Source: Curvularia clavata
Lineage: Eukaryota
Assembly: GCA_023920165.1 (NCBI GenBank)
Contig: CP089276.1
Location: 4,402,001 to 4,466,000 of the forward strand
Length of the DNA: 64,000 nucleotides
Direction of reading: 5' to 3'
The position numbers were made by a program, and so were the translations under genes. The first letter of the stretch is position 1; each line of letters opens with the position of its first letter. Positions 12,849 through 25,745 of this stretch are shown here, one piece after another. The notes under the pieces were generated by a model. The model saw only the letters and a program-made list of their open reading frames with translations, had not been told where the DNA came from and searched no databases.

Positions 12849-14599
12849 TTATCGACCGCCGATTTGGCCCTTGGGAATAGGCCTAACCCACAAGAAGATG
12901 CAGTTCAGGGCAATGATCATGATACCGCTGATCCAGAAGACTTTGGCATAATCCGTCTTGTGGTAGCGGAAAATGATGGCGAAGATGATGCCACCAAAGT
13001 TACCAGTTGCACCAACAATGCCCGACAAAACACCTTGGATATCGTTAGTCGCTGTTATATCAAGCAACTCATAAAATAAGACTTACCATTAGCATGAGGA
13101 TGGACATGCGGCACCAAAGCAAAGTTGGCGCCGTTACCCGCCTCCAGGAAAATAGCCATGACCGCAATGAGACCAATCATCTCGTCCAGGTGTTTCGGAT
13201 CAACCTTTCCAATCACAATGCACAGAACACCAGACATGACGCCTACAAAGTGAATCAAAAACTTCTTAGCCCACAGGCTGTGGCCGCTAATCTTGTAGAC
13301 GTAATCACCAGCCACACCACCCAGAGGACGCGTCACAATGTTCAAAAGACCGAACATGGCAGCCCACCGACCGGATTGTGTCTGGCCTAGGTAAGGGAAG
13401 TTCTTGAGGTAGTAAGCGCCGAGGATGGAGTTGATGGCTAGTTCGCCGCCAAAGGAGCAAAAGTAGCCTGCGCAAAGCGAGGCGGTTTGAAGAGAAAAGA
13501 TGACTTTCATGACTTCCTTGAAACTCGGCTTGACGACGACTTCGTGTTGGACCTCGTCGATGATTTGGAGATCGCCACGACCAGATTCGACGTCTGCGGT
13601 GGATTCTGGGCGTTTTTTCTCATCGTTGGAAGTGATGGAGCTAGCGGCCGTGGGCTTGTCGTTCAGAGCACCAGTTGTAGGTACGATGGACGGCTGAATG
13701 GGTTCTTGACTGCTGGACACAACTGTCACACCGCGTTCGGACCATTTTCCGGTAGGAGTGTCGTCGGTCAAGAGCAAAAGACCAAGAGCACAAGCGGTGA
13801 TCATGATGAAGGGAACGATAAAGGCGACGCGCCAGGCGACGTGTGAAGACAGGCCTTGGTCTTTCTTGAGCGAATCATAGATGGCTGGCATGACGAAACT
13901 GACCGAGGTTAGTACATATTACCACGCACAAGATGAAGCGGACGTACTATGTGATGCCACCACCAGAATTGCCCCAACCACCGACCAAGGCGTTGGCAGT
14001 TCCGACAACATTTTTGTCGAAGAAACCAGTACTCCACACCTGGCATGGGACAAAAGTACCGCCAAGAATACCGACAAAAAATCGGATAAAGTACAGGCCA
14101 GTGGCATTGGTAGCTGTACCGGCAAGAGCCGTAGGGATCGCGCCAGCAAACAAAAGCAAGGCGAAAGTCTTGCGAGGTCCAATATGATCGCACATGGGTC
14201 CAGCGATAAAGCGGACCAAGAGTGTGGCACAGAGCGCCACGATGTTTGAGTTGGCAATCTGATCTTGAGACAGATGCATATCCGCCTTGATGCTCTTACT
14301 CAGCTGTACATGTTTTAGTCAACAACGTGATTCTGTGGGGAGGCGAAGAAATCAGGGCAACCATACCAGAGGCGGAAACGCGTACCTGATTATCGTAAGT
14401 ATTCCTGTGGGGCAAAGTGGTCCACTTGTGGAGAAAAGGTGGCTTACCATGACCAGAACGCAATGAAGAAACCGAGGTAAGAGAAAAAGAAGACGCGCCC
14501 ATATTTGTTAACGGGGTTGAGTACAGGGATCGATCGAGCCTTTTGGTTGTAAGGGTTTACCTCTGGCGCTGACCAGAGGAGGTTGATAGCAAAAGGCAT
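12849..14599 (-). CDS. nrtA: High-affinity nitrate transporter (NRT2/NNP family, MFS; NrtA/CrnA-like)
   Basis: Start [29 protein letters not shown]. Nitrate signature motifs GGWGNSGGG and GATGNFGG, plus FGGELAINS and [14 protein letters not shown]. Multiple TM helices. Four GT-AG introns, including a 19-nt micro-exon (YAFPPL, 14385-14367). Confidence 0.92.
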
Positions 14600-14676
14600 G
14601 GTGGCAGGAGTTCCGAGTTAGATGCTGACAACTTGCCGGTGCTTGCAGGAATCACCACAAATGGCAGTTTCAGCAG

Positions 14677-15659
14677 TTATATAGACAAAGACGACCAGAA
14701 ATGCCAAAATGTGACAATTCCGCGGTGATTGTCAGTGACGCATCTACCCCAACCTTTCCCAAGCCTGTGGCGCAATGATGGTCCCCCCCCAGATCAGAGA
14801 TCAGACTTCTCCGATACCTGTATGTGGTAATGCTAGTGGGCCGTCGTTATCAGCATCGTTCAATAAACAGCACCTGTAAGTTCAGAGGCTTCCGAGTAAT
14901 TGTACGCTAAAATGCGCAGCAAGAGTGTGAAAGCTGTTCACTGATCAGCGCTTCGACCTTGATTTAGAATCCACACAGCCTTTCAGTGAAGTATATTTCA
15001 TAGTAGACCGACGAGAAGAAATGTCAAGAAGGGGAGATTTGCTATGCGAAGAGTCCCATTTCGCTGCGGCTGATCATCGACGTGGGATGGTGGGGGACGG
15101 CAAAGGCGTTGACCTTATCTCTTGGCGGTACCGACTGGGCTCGAGCTCGACATGGGTCCTTATCAGAACTCGTAGAGATAATATGAATTCCAGCTTTTCC
15201 GCGGTGTTCAGCGTTTGCTGGAGCGCTTTCCTTCTGCGATGGATGTCCAGATTTCTTTGTTGTTTGTCGTTCCGAGCGATACCGGAATTTTTGAACTATG
15301 GAGTGGCTAAGAGTTTTAGTCTCGCTCAAACTAAGGAGCAGCTTCAGATATCAATTAGGTTACTACTTCTGATGTGATGCTTGCTTTTTAGCTGGACCTC
15401 GCGCGAGATGTACGGTATGGAGTGCCAAAGTTGGGGTTACTCGCTGCATGAAAATGAAGATCTGTCAAGATAAGCACCGTAGGCTTATTCAGCAAAGCAC
15501 GATGGAACAGATATTGGCTTAGTTTTTGCACAACTCTTGCAACCTTTTTCCCAAGCTCGATATGAATTCTTTTTTGACGATCTGTTCCTGTGTGAGAGCC
15601 GGTCGCTTACTTGTGACGCCAAATGCGGGCCAATCGGCAATATAATCACTACCTTATCT
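14677..15659 (-). promoter_or_regulatory. Nitrate-transporter promoter: TATA box, two TTCCGCGG NirA/NIT4-like sites and clustered HGATAA (AreA/NIT2) sites
   Basis: TATATAA at 14683-14677 (minus). Identical TTCCGCGGTG at 14718-14727 and 15197-15206. GATAA cores at 14847, 15115, 15160, 15176, 15468 and 15654. Confidence 0.6.
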
Positions 15660-16236
15660 CGCGTGACGGCAGTTTCGATCTGCCACAAGTCTGTACACAC
15701 AACAGGCAAATCGAGATGCGTTCACGATTTGAAGATGTAAATCATTGCCAACGTGCTCAGAAGTCCAGTTGGATGTCATTGTGATTCATTTGCTATAGGC
15801 CTTCATCCTGCCAAGTTCCAAGGGGCCTTTGGAGTGATTCTCAGACTGCCAAAAACCAGGGCTCGTCGCTATTGCGCACATGTAAGAGATAAGGTTATTT
15901 GAATTCATAGTTATGCTGATATGCGGGAGAGATCTCCTGATATCGGGATGTCGTGGCAATAGTACTGGAATATTGAACAAAAGTGCGAAAAGGCGTATTG
16001 AGGGATTGGAATCGAGTATCTCCGGTAATGGAGATTCTCTGGCGAGTGTGGGCCTGTTCGATATCGGAGCTGATTTTTTTGGGCAACCGCGGAGATGCTG
16101 TGTCGTTTCAGACTCGACGTTCGCTGGAGTAGGTATTCAGCCTTGTGGCTGGGACTTGATAAGAAACTCGCAAATAATTTTACAAGTGGGTTTCAAGCGT
16201 ACCTTATCAGTGAGAAACAGTTAGTGTTCCGTATTT

Positions 16237-17589
16237 TTACAGAATGCTTGCGCACCCAGACCCTCTCCAGTGTTCTCTTGCTTTGAGCACACCCAAGCCA
16301 TATGCCACCGCACCACATACAACAAGCACGTGCATGATCTGGTGGCTGCTACCCACAATATCGTAGCGCCTTGGATACCATCTTTCAGGTATTCTACACG
16401 TGTACATTATCGCGCCTGTTGCATGGCATATGCCAAGAGCGATGTAATACGAAAGACTCATTCTTTGCTCCATCTGATGCCAACCGAAGAGGCAAACACC
16501 CTGGATAATGGGTAGAAAAGAGGAGAGACCGAGCAGGACATAGGTTCCTGTTCGAAACCCTTTGCATGCTGTGCCTGTGAAGGAAGGGTGAAGTGTAGTG
16601 ATTGCGCAGGCAAGTCCTGCGCCGGTAGCGAAGACGCAGTGAGCTTTGCGCAAGCCAGGTTCGCAGTGAAATCCAAAATGAACGCTGGCCATGGTGGTGC
16701 CCCAGAGAGGAATTACAATCCCAAGGTAGTCAAATCGACTTGTCCAGGTTCGGGTAGCGTGGCTATGGTCTAGGAAGATGTGGTATCTGCTTTCGTGTCA
16801 GTTCCCTGTACTTTCTTTTCGTGGATGGGAATGGTAAAATGGAAAAGAAAGCAATACCACCTACATGAACGAAAGGGAAAAGCACAAAACGACGGAGATG
16901 AAGTAAATCAGAATCGCAAGCTCGTCCTTCATCTCCACATGCAATCCACCCGTATACAATCTCGAAACGCCCATTGCATACAAGAAAGCCGCTGCGCCTG
17001 CAATATGTGACCAGATATTAACCGTTTCATTATGAATACGGAATATGCTTTTGAGCGAGTTGCGATAAGAAAGAGTTGCTCGTCTGGTGCATTTTGTTAG
17101 TCTCTTGCCGTATGCCATTGGGTGCAAAGAGCAACGAAGAGCAACTTACCGATAACTTGTAATTATGAACTCGTTGTCCTGCTGCCAGTGTACTGCGTAA
17201 ATAAACCATTAGTTTGAAACTTCCAAGTGACTGCCGGGGAAGAGGCACTTACAGAGGTCATCCCATTCGAGCAACGTTCCACCGTCTACCGGCTGGAGGA
17301 CCTGATACTGTCCACACATCTTCTCGCAAAGCTGCTGCTGCTGCTGTGGTATCGATTTCGCGCTGTCGGGCCAACTACCATGGTTCTTTCCCTCTATGGT
17401 TCCTTCCACTTTTTCTTTGGCGGCTTGGCGAGTGCTTGATGCCGTACTTTCTTCTCCGGATCTAGATCGCAAAGATGCGATACAATGGGAAGATTTGATG
17501 GGAGTGTTGAAAGGAAGCGTTGAGAGGCATTGACCACCCCTTTCGGAGAGCCCTACTCCCTTACTTGGCCGCGTTGTATACCTGGGCAT
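16237..17589 (-). CDS. PAQR/hemolysin-III (IZH, adiponectin-receptor-like) membrane protein; 4 exons
   Basis: After splicing: WQQDNEFIITSYR, IHNETVNIWSH, YHIFLDHS..FDYLGI, RIPERWYPRRYDIVGSSHQIMH, which are the conserved PAQR motifs. The start codon at 17589 is less certain. Confidence 0.88.
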
Positions 17590-18900
17590 CCTTGAACTTT
17601 ACAGTCTACTCTGCTCAGTTAGATTGTGCCTATAGCTCCCAATGGGCCAATGTCCGTTGGTGAGATTGAATTTGTTTTTCTGCAATATGTACCGGGTTCC
17701 TGGGTGTGCAACGTGGACTGCTCGTTTAGGATCTTGGCGCAGAGTGCCGCCGAAGCTCTGAACCTCAGGTACTTTGTGTAAATTGCTACTTTGACAGCAG
17801 AGTAGTTTTATTTGGTCTTGGAGTTTGGATAGGTCGGTGGCTGCTGCAGTTCTTTTTGGGAAAATAAAAGACGGTTTGGTCGCTATTCGTGAGCCAATGG
17901 TAAAGATAGAAGAGAAAGAAATCAGTTCTAGCCAGTTAGTTAATTAATCTTTGAGATTCAAACAAGGACAACAGGCAATTGCTTTCGAAGATAGTAAATC
18001 TGCCAAAGCCAAAGACGACACTTTGAACATGTTGTTAAAGCCTTCATCGTCACCATTACTTCGTCCTGGAACGAGTCATCAGGACATTTGAGATGCGCCA
18101 ACATGACGCAGTCGGCGAGTCCGCGGAAGTCCTAGTATGGCAATTTTCCAAACATCGTCAGGATTGCTTTTGCAATATTCGCCCGTTATGAAAATAGAGT
18201 AGCTTGAATGAGTTAGCGCTAGATGGAACGAGGACCTGACGTCAGTACCTGATCACCTAAAGGATGTGATCTTGGAATCTACGGGAACTCTAATATAAGC
18301 CTCATTCCTTTTTTAGTTTTTTTTTTGGAACCCTGTGGTTGTTAGCGAGAAATGAAGGCACAAATAAGAACCAGACCGTCTTTAGCTGTTGGTGGTCGCA
18401 TTCCGAGGCCATGTCACTCCAAAACGGAACTTGCAGTATCATTGATGAAGTCGACTTATGCCTTGCATTGCTCATAGTCCCATATTTTCAGTTCGCGCCA
18501 AGTATGCAACAGCCACAATTCAATAGTCCCCCCTATCATGCTAGAGAGCAACAAGGAAACAGCACTTGAGGCTGGCTGGGCATCATCTGTTTGATCCAAG
18601 TAACATCATACGTCCAGATGAGAGCGAGCCCAGTGACTGTTAAGCATAGGGACAGTAGCAATAGTATGAGAGAAAAACACAGGAGAGAAAGCAAACGGAC
18701 GAAGTAGGACGGATTAATACTTGCACAGCGGCATTGCGCGTAGGTCGATATTTTTTGAACGTCATGAAGAACAAGACTGAATAGGGTACGATGGCGGCGG
18801 ACTTTCGACGGGTACGTTGACCGGGAATTGCCGTACGCAGGTCACTCGTTGGAGACATGGGCAGAATGGTATTGTCTTTCGAGTTGACGGCTTCGTATGC

Positions 18901-20626
18901 TTAGAAGTCGGGAAACAGGTGTCCGTGGCTATTCGGACACGTCAGAATATGATCTACAGTGTAAGGAGGACTCTGCACGCACGGGTCATCTCCTGCCTGA
19001 CCGTATGCTTCCGTCTCCTCCGGATACTTATCGAATTGACTTGCGTCGCCAACGCCCGCTCGTACGGGTGGGACGTAGGGAGCGTCAATGTCCTTCTTTT
19101 GTAACCGGTCCCAAGTTACCTCGGCGAACCAAGGGTGGTTCATAACGTCCTTGCTGCCACCGTGCAAGTTGCCCAACCGCTTGGTGAGGTCAGGCGTGAT
19201 GAGCTTCTGCAGGAGGTCGTGCGCGTCGGGGTGAATGTAGGGCGGATACTTGACTCTGGATTTGAGAATGTTTTCGTAGATCTTCATGGGCGAGCCACCG
19301 TCCCAGAAGGGGGTGAAGCCGCACAGCATTTCAAAAATGAGGATGCCAAGTGACCACCTAATGTTATCAGTAAGCTGACATAGCTCGTGGCGCTTGCGAC
19401 TCACCAGTCAACAGACTTGTTGTAGCCTTTGGATGCGACGACTTCGGGCGCCAAGTAGTCGGGCGTACCACACAGGGTCCATGTGATGTCGGGGACCTCT
19501 TTGGCAAAGCCAAAATCCGTAATTTTCAAGTGTCCATGGCGGTCCAAGAGTAGATTCTCAGGCTTCAAGTCGCGGTAAATAATGTTGTGGGAGTGCAAGT
19601 AGTCTAGTGCAAGCGTGACCTCGGCGGCATAGAACTTTGCGACGGGGTTGGGGAAGCGCTGGAGGAGTTAGTTTACTTTGAAGCCAAAAAACCCCCTACA
19701 CACAACAAGGGAGTAGGGTTGAGCATTGGTGAGATGAGAATAAGAATAAATACCTGAGACTTTCGCAATAGACTGAACAACTCGCCGCCCTCGACAAAGT
19801 CCATGACCATGTAGAGGTTCTTGGAGTCCTGAAAAGTTCCCCACAAGGTAATCAAGAAGGGGTGCTTGACCTGCTGCAGCATGCGGCGCTCGTCATTGGT
19901 GTGCTCGACCTGCTTCATCTTGACGACCTGGGCCTTTTTCAGTACCTTGATGGCATAGAAGCGCTGATTGTGCTTGGACTGGACAAGGTGGACTCTGCCA
20001 AAGCTGCCGGTGCCGAGGGTGCGCTGGATGGTGAAGTCGGTGAGCGAGTACTTGCCCTTTGTGACGCGGGTCTGATTGAGGGGCTGTGTCTGGAACTGGG
20101 CAGCGCCATTCTTAGCCGATGCCTGGTGCGATGACGTGTTATTTGGGTGTATCAGGTTCTGTATGCTGGGCGAGTTGCGCGAGTGCTGCTGGGGGTTGGA
20201 CTGCGGGCTGGCAGCACCATACTGCTGCGAGTTTGCTTGCTGCTGCTGCGGTGGCTGCTGCTGCGGCTGCGGGTGGTGGTCTGCGTGGGCGGGGTTCATC
20301 GAGTCGGCCGGCTTGGAGGCGTCGGACGAGGAAGAGAGGGCGGCAGCAGCAGCAGGCGCGGCCGAGGCCGGGGCAGTAGCAGAGGCAGCGGCGGCGACGG
20401 CGTCGTGCGAGTGCGAGTGGCTGTTGGTGTGGGTGGTCGAGGTGGTGGTGGTGTTGGCCGAGTCGTTTGTCCTGGTCTTGTGGAGGTGGAGGGAGCCCGA
20501 CTTGCGGGAGCCGGTGGGCGTGACGGGCGAGGGCGTGTCCTTGATGGGCGAAGTGGGCGAGTCGAGGTCGCGGGAGCCGTTCGAGTCCTTTGTGCGCTTC
20601 TTCTTGAGGAAGCCCAGGGTAGGCAT
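18901..20626 (-). CDS. PKA1: cAMP-dependent protein kinase catalytic subunit (PKA-C); 4 exons
   Basis: [42 protein letters not shown] and a C-terminal FPDF (FxxF) motif. Long Q/S/A-rich N-terminus typical of filamentous-fungal CpkA/PkaC1. Confidence 0.96.
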
Positions 20627-20849
20627 TGGAGGGGCAAATGGAGCGAATGCAGCGGCGCTGCCCTGCCGGTACCTCGACGCAGACGACTCGGGGCGATCTT
20701 AGCAGCAAACTCTAGACAACAGGCGCTCGACGGGCGGGGGCAGGCGGCGGGCGATCTGGCGCGGCGGCGGCGGGGCGGCAGCGGAGCAGCAATTGATGGA
20801 TGGGACGAGCAGCGTGTGGCTAGCGGGGTGCCGTGGATCTCAACCTGGC

Positions 20850-20915
20850 GGATGGATGGATGGATGGGTGGGTGGGTGGATGGAGGCGGCGATGGGATGG
20901 GATGGGATGGGATGG
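20850..20915. repeat. (GGAT)n/(GGGAT)n simple repeat upstream of the PKA start codon
   Basis: gatggatggatggatgggtgggtgggtggatgg...gatgggatgggatgggatgggatggg read directly. Confidence 0.7.
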
Positions 20916-21498
20916 GCGGGACGTGGAAGTGGGACGCTGAGGTTGGCTTGGGCACGTCGCTAGCGGACTGTCGACGACGACGAGAGGGGGAAGAAGCTGC
21001 GCGCCCGCGCCTCAGCACACTGCACATCTACTACTTGGATGCAATCCCCACCATGTCTACAATTCAATTCAATGCAATTCACTTCAACGCGACGCAGTAC
21101 GGTACGATGCGCTACCACGATACACGACGCCTCTCCCCACACCGCCCCAGACGTCGTGCCTGTTAGCAGCACCAGTTGCGTCATGCGTTCCAGCATCGAG
21201 GAACATGGCGCCCGCATCCTAGTCGTGACCTGATCTGACCATAGCCATGGCCATGACCGTGAGATACCGGTATACCCCATCCAGCCTTGCCCCATGCCGC
21301 CCATACATTGGTCCCGATCCATGCAACGCCTAACCAGAAGGCCCGCCAAGCCAGCCCGCCCTCAGCATGCCCAACCCAACGCCGCCCCATCGACGCCAAC
21401 CACAGAAAACAGAGCCATCTGCCCCAAAAAACAAAAACACAATAACTCCCATGCAGGCGTGACTTCATTACCAAAAACAAAAACCTTGTGTGCTCGTT

Positions 21499-22753
21499 TC
21501 AAAGCTCGCCAGACACCGTCACGGGCCGGTACGTCTCCAGGTCCAGCCCGCACACTTCCATGCGCTGCTGCCGGAACCGCTCGTATAGCCTGCTCCACGC
21601 CTCTTGCGCCTCTTCATTGCGCGGTCGCAGGCGCGCCCGCTCTGCATACGGCACGTCGTACTCGGGCCCCGGCAGTTCCGGGTCCGACAGGCGTACAAAC
21701 GTCGTCGCCTGCTCAAAGGCCGTCGCGTTGAAGCCGTCGGATGCGGTGCGCAGCTTCTGTGACTCGTACACGACATTGCCCATTGACAGTGACCACTCCG
21801 AGATGAGCGACTCGGGCACCGTGAACGTCTTACGGAACATGTCCAGGTCGCTCGTCGGCTTGGATGCGCGCAGTGCTCGCAGTTGGCTGTAGCTCTGTTG
21901 CGATGGGTGTATCATGAGCAGCGACGTCGACATGTCGGTCCGCTCGGGCGTCGCTGGGTATGCCGCCATGGGCTCCGATTTGGAAAAAGCAAGCAGCGAG
22001 TCGAGCGCAGACGCATCCAGCAGCACGCCTGGTCCCTCGAGGTACAGCAGGCGCTCGTAGTCGACGAGCGAGTACAGGCTGGCTAGCGAGTAGGAAGAAG
22101 GCAGTGTGTCTGTACTAACGATAAGCGATTGGCAGCAGCAACGGGGCATTGCGAAGAGCCTCACCATCTGTGCCTTCGACAATGGGTTTCATGGGTATCA
22201 GCGTCACGCCATAGCGTCTTGCTGCCGTCCTCAACAGCCGCCGTGTCGTCGTCATCTCAGGGCTGTACTGGTTGTCTTGAGCTTCTGCTAGCCACGGCTT
22301 GGGAAACATCAAGATCCTCTTGGCGGGGCTCTTCATCCTGTGCAGGTCCGAGAGCAGCATGACGGCGCTGCACAGCTCGACATGTTCGCGCACCACTTGC
22401 ACGTAGCCTAGCCGGCTCCAGTCCATGGTCAGGCCCGCAACATACTGGGCATATGTATCGTCCACCTCGGGACGGCTGCCCATGGGTCGCGCCCATTTGG
22501 CGTCCAGTGTTGGTGGCTCAATTGGCTTTTGCGCGGGCAACGGCTTGGGCAGTCGTGGTTTGATGGCGGCCTGGAGCGAGTGTACGTAGCGTTGCTGCAA
22601 TACCCATCCCGAGAGGAAGAGGGCCAGTGTGAAGAAGAAGACTAGATGCGCCCGTCAGTGTGGGGGTCAAGGCATGTGATAGTGGTCTCGCGCACCAATG
22701 GTTACCGACAAGAGGATAGAAACCTGGCCCGAAGTGAGAAGGAGGCGGCCCAT
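21499..22753 (-). CDS. Glycosyltransferase family 8-like (Gnt1-like) type II membrane protein; 3 exons
   Basis: N-terminal TM anchor (MGRLLLTSGQVSILLSVTI/VFFFTLALFLSGWVLQ). DWSRLGYVQVV..LCSAVMLLSDLHRMKSPAKRILMFP and SLVDYERLLYL resemble the fungal GT8 GNT1-like family. Confidence 0.72.
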
Positions 22754-23092
22754 GGCGGGCAGCAAGTCGAATAGAAAGACTATCAAAGGGGTATCAAAAC
22801 GAGTTGCTGGTGAAGAGAAGAGCGGGTGCAATGCCAAGTATGCAGAGTGGACATGTGCAGTGACGTGCGGTGAAGATGTCAATGGCCAGGCCTTCGCCGA
22901 GCTGCATCTTGTGCCTTGTTGGGGGGGCAACAATCGATAGTCGCTCTACCCCGGCCTCAAATTATGCCATTCATGCGCCCAAGCTCACCTTGACCATCCA
23001 CCAGCGTCATACGACTGCGCACCACCTTCTCTGCCGCTCGAGTCCATATACCTGAAGCGCACGTACGCATCAGGACCCTCGCCCGCCTGCAC

Positions 23093-24031
23093 ATGTCGAA
23101 GCCGCAATTTGATCGCGCCGACGCGAGCGCGCTCCTCGACGACCGAGGCTACCGCGGCGCCCTCATCCGTGGCCAGAACCCAGCCCTCCTCTTCGAAAAG
23201 GGCGTGCGCGAGCGCATCACCGAGTCGTACTACTGGAAAGAGCAATGCTTTGGTCTGAACGCGGCAACCCTATGCGACCGCGCAGCAGACCTCAAGTTCA
23301 TCGGCGGCACCACAGGTATCACGGGCAAGCCAACCCCGTTCCTGTGCTTGGCGTTCAAGTTGCTCCAGCTTGTTCCAGACAAGGAAATCATACTCGAGTA
23401 TCTCAACTTCCGCGATGACGAAGACGACGACGACGACAAAGACGAGGGCAACAAGGAGCTAGACCTGAATGCAAAGGGAAAACTTGGCTGCTTCAAGTAC
23501 CTACGCTGCCTCGCTGCCTTTTACATCCGCCTTGCCTGGGAGCCCGTCGAAATCTACAAGACATTGGAGCCGCTGCTCACAGACTATCGCAAGATTAAGC
23601 GCCGCCTCAAAGACACCTTCACCCTCACCCACGTCGATCAGTTTATAGACGACCTTCTGACAAAAGACCGCATCTGCGCAACCAGTTTGTGGAAGTTGCC
23701 CTCGAGGGCGATTCTCGAGGACTTGGATATGCTGGACCCCAGAGAGAGTCCATTGGGAGACGAGCTGGACGAGCTGGACGAGGACATGGACAGGAGGAGT
23801 GTTGGCAGCCAAAGAAGCTACAGAAGCCCAAGTTATGAAAGTAGGAGCAGGAGTAGGAGCTACGACAGCCGCAGCCGGAGTCCAAGTCGAAGCCGCAGTA
23901 GGAGCAGAAGCAGAAGCTACCACAGTCGGGATCGAGACCGAAGTCGTAGCCCCGACGAGCGTAGCCGATCAAGGCACAGCACACGGAGCCGCAGTCAAAG
24001 TCGTAATCGTCACAACAGTCATGAACGATAA
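23093..24031 (+). CDS. PRP38: Pre-mRNA splicing factor Prp38 (PRPF38A-like) with RS-rich tail
   Basis: GQNPALLFEKGVRERITESYYWKEQCFGLN, PTPFLCLAFKLLQL, FKYLRCLAAFYIRL, LEPLLTDYRKIK and C-terminal RS repeats. Single exon. Confidence 0.95.
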   Translation: MSKPQFDRADASALLDDRGYRGALIRGQNPALLFEKGVRERITESYYWKEQCFGLNAATLCDRAADLKFIGGTTGITGKPTPFLCLAFKLLQLVPDKEIILEYLNFRDDEDDDDDKDEGNKELDLNAKGKLGCFKYLRCLAAFYIRLAWEPVEIYKTLEPLLTDYRKIKRRLKDTFTLTHVDQFIDDLLTKDRICATSLWKLPSRAILEDLDMLDPRESPLGDELDELDEDMDRRSVGSQRSYRSPSYESRSRSRSYDSRSRSPSRSRSRSRSRSYHSRDRDRSRSPDERSRSRHSTRSRSQSRNRHNSHER

Positions 24032-25745
24032 AGCACCCAGCAGCCTGCGGACCCTTTTACTTCCCCAGTCAGGATTCCATCTAAGCTATATACCCATGAG
24101 TCTACACCAAATACAGACAAGTCGCACTGCAGAGCCTACCTCATACATTCTCCGCCAGTTTGTGTGTCATAGTCAAAAGTCAGGTCAAATAAAAAAAGTT
24201 GACATACGCTTAACGACCGCTCCGTATTCCTCCTTTACAATTTTTTTTTTCGTTTTACCTGCCTACACCTCTACGCGGTAAGAGTAGCTTTTGACGCCTG
24301 CCTTCTTGGACTAGCCTGTGGCTTGCACGTGATTCGGGGAAAAGCCAAACAAAAAACACCACTACGAGATTCGTTAATTCTCACCTGCCTAACCACTAGA
24401 ACGCTAGTAAGCTGCTTTAAATAGGCAGGATCGGTGGCTTCTGTTAGTCCCGCTGAGCGGTCTACCGAAAGTCTGTTGGTCTTTTAGATCCGCTTCTTAC
24501 ACCCGCCATGTTCAACTACTCAGAATCGACTCACCTTGGTTTCTCACGAAAAAGGGGGGCGGTGTAGGACACACTTGGCGGTAGCAACTGCGTTACAGAG
24601 AATACTTTGGATTCAAACAATGCGAAGGACCTGCAAAGTGAAGGGAGCACCAGGCATGATATGAGTGCTGGATGTGCTACAGCACATTTCAAGACATGGA
24701 CTGACAGCGATAGTGTCGCCGCGAACCATTTTTCCCTCCAAATTCGCAATGCACACAGCATCAACATTGACGATGCTGTACATGACAAAACTGCCGAGAT
24801 CTCGACGCCGACTGAACGCCCTCTTACGCTACTTTGAACCTGTGCACGAGGTTCAGCCTCATCGCTTAGTAGCGAAAAACAATGTTCTTCGGGCTTTCTA
24901 TGAATCTAGACAAAGAACGTGCACAGATATCGTGCTCGGAGCACGATGGAAGTGACAAGCACTGCTTGGCACGCTAGCTTTCCTCTGCCTAATTCTGCAG
25001 GGGCAAATTATCGCAACTCTTGGCGGCCCACTCGGCGCCGCGTCCCTAGTCAGGTACCGCGGACCAACATGGAATATGAGAAGAGTGAATTGCTCTTCAG
25101 TTCAATGCAATTCACCATGAGCACTGGCATGTGAATCAAGTTTGCCCTTTGCTCTCTGGAGAAACAGTAGGCATGCCATTTGATAGACAACATTCCGTCT
25201 CTTACAACGGCAAATCTCACTAGTCCCGGTGCAACTCCACAAACCATCGGCCAAACTTCAGGACCCTTTGCGCCAAGGCGACGCTATCGGGTCGACTAAG
25301 AAAATCACATGGCATGATTCCCACCACGTGGGGAAGATCTGGATCTCAAAACTGAGGGCCGAATGGGGTACCCGAGAGATCCTCTTCGCTTCGGAGACCA
25401 GGATGGGTATCCCAACTCGACCAGTGGCTTGGAAAACTGCCAAAAGTACGCGAGGCTCTAGACTACTCGAGTCAACGTCGTGTAAAGGCCTGTCCCATTG
25501 CGGAACTCGTCCAGCCTTTTTCGATAACTGCCAGCAGCCTCGTTCCATCTATTCAGCAGCGCCTCCAACAAGCCATGAGGTCTGGATGGTTCAGCTGCGG
25601 CCACTCCGTGTGGCATCGTGTAGTTTGTATAGACTTCGAGAGCTTCACCGGCAGTACATAAACACCCACGAAGACCACTTGAGATAATCACTCAGCTTCT
25701 CAGCTTCGGTCTCTCTTTCAGCTCAAGCATCTCCGGTCTTTCACA

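Noticed and set aside
20076..21166. Long overlapping ORFs (208, 339 and 243 aa) around the PKA 5' end
   Set aside because: GC-rich low-complexity shadows of the PKA N-terminus and its repeat-rich leader, with no recognisable protein features.
23790..24030. Repetitive AGCCGCAGT/AGTAGGAGC tract
   Set aside because: Explained by the RS-rich coding tail of Prp38; not a CRISPR array or independent repeat.
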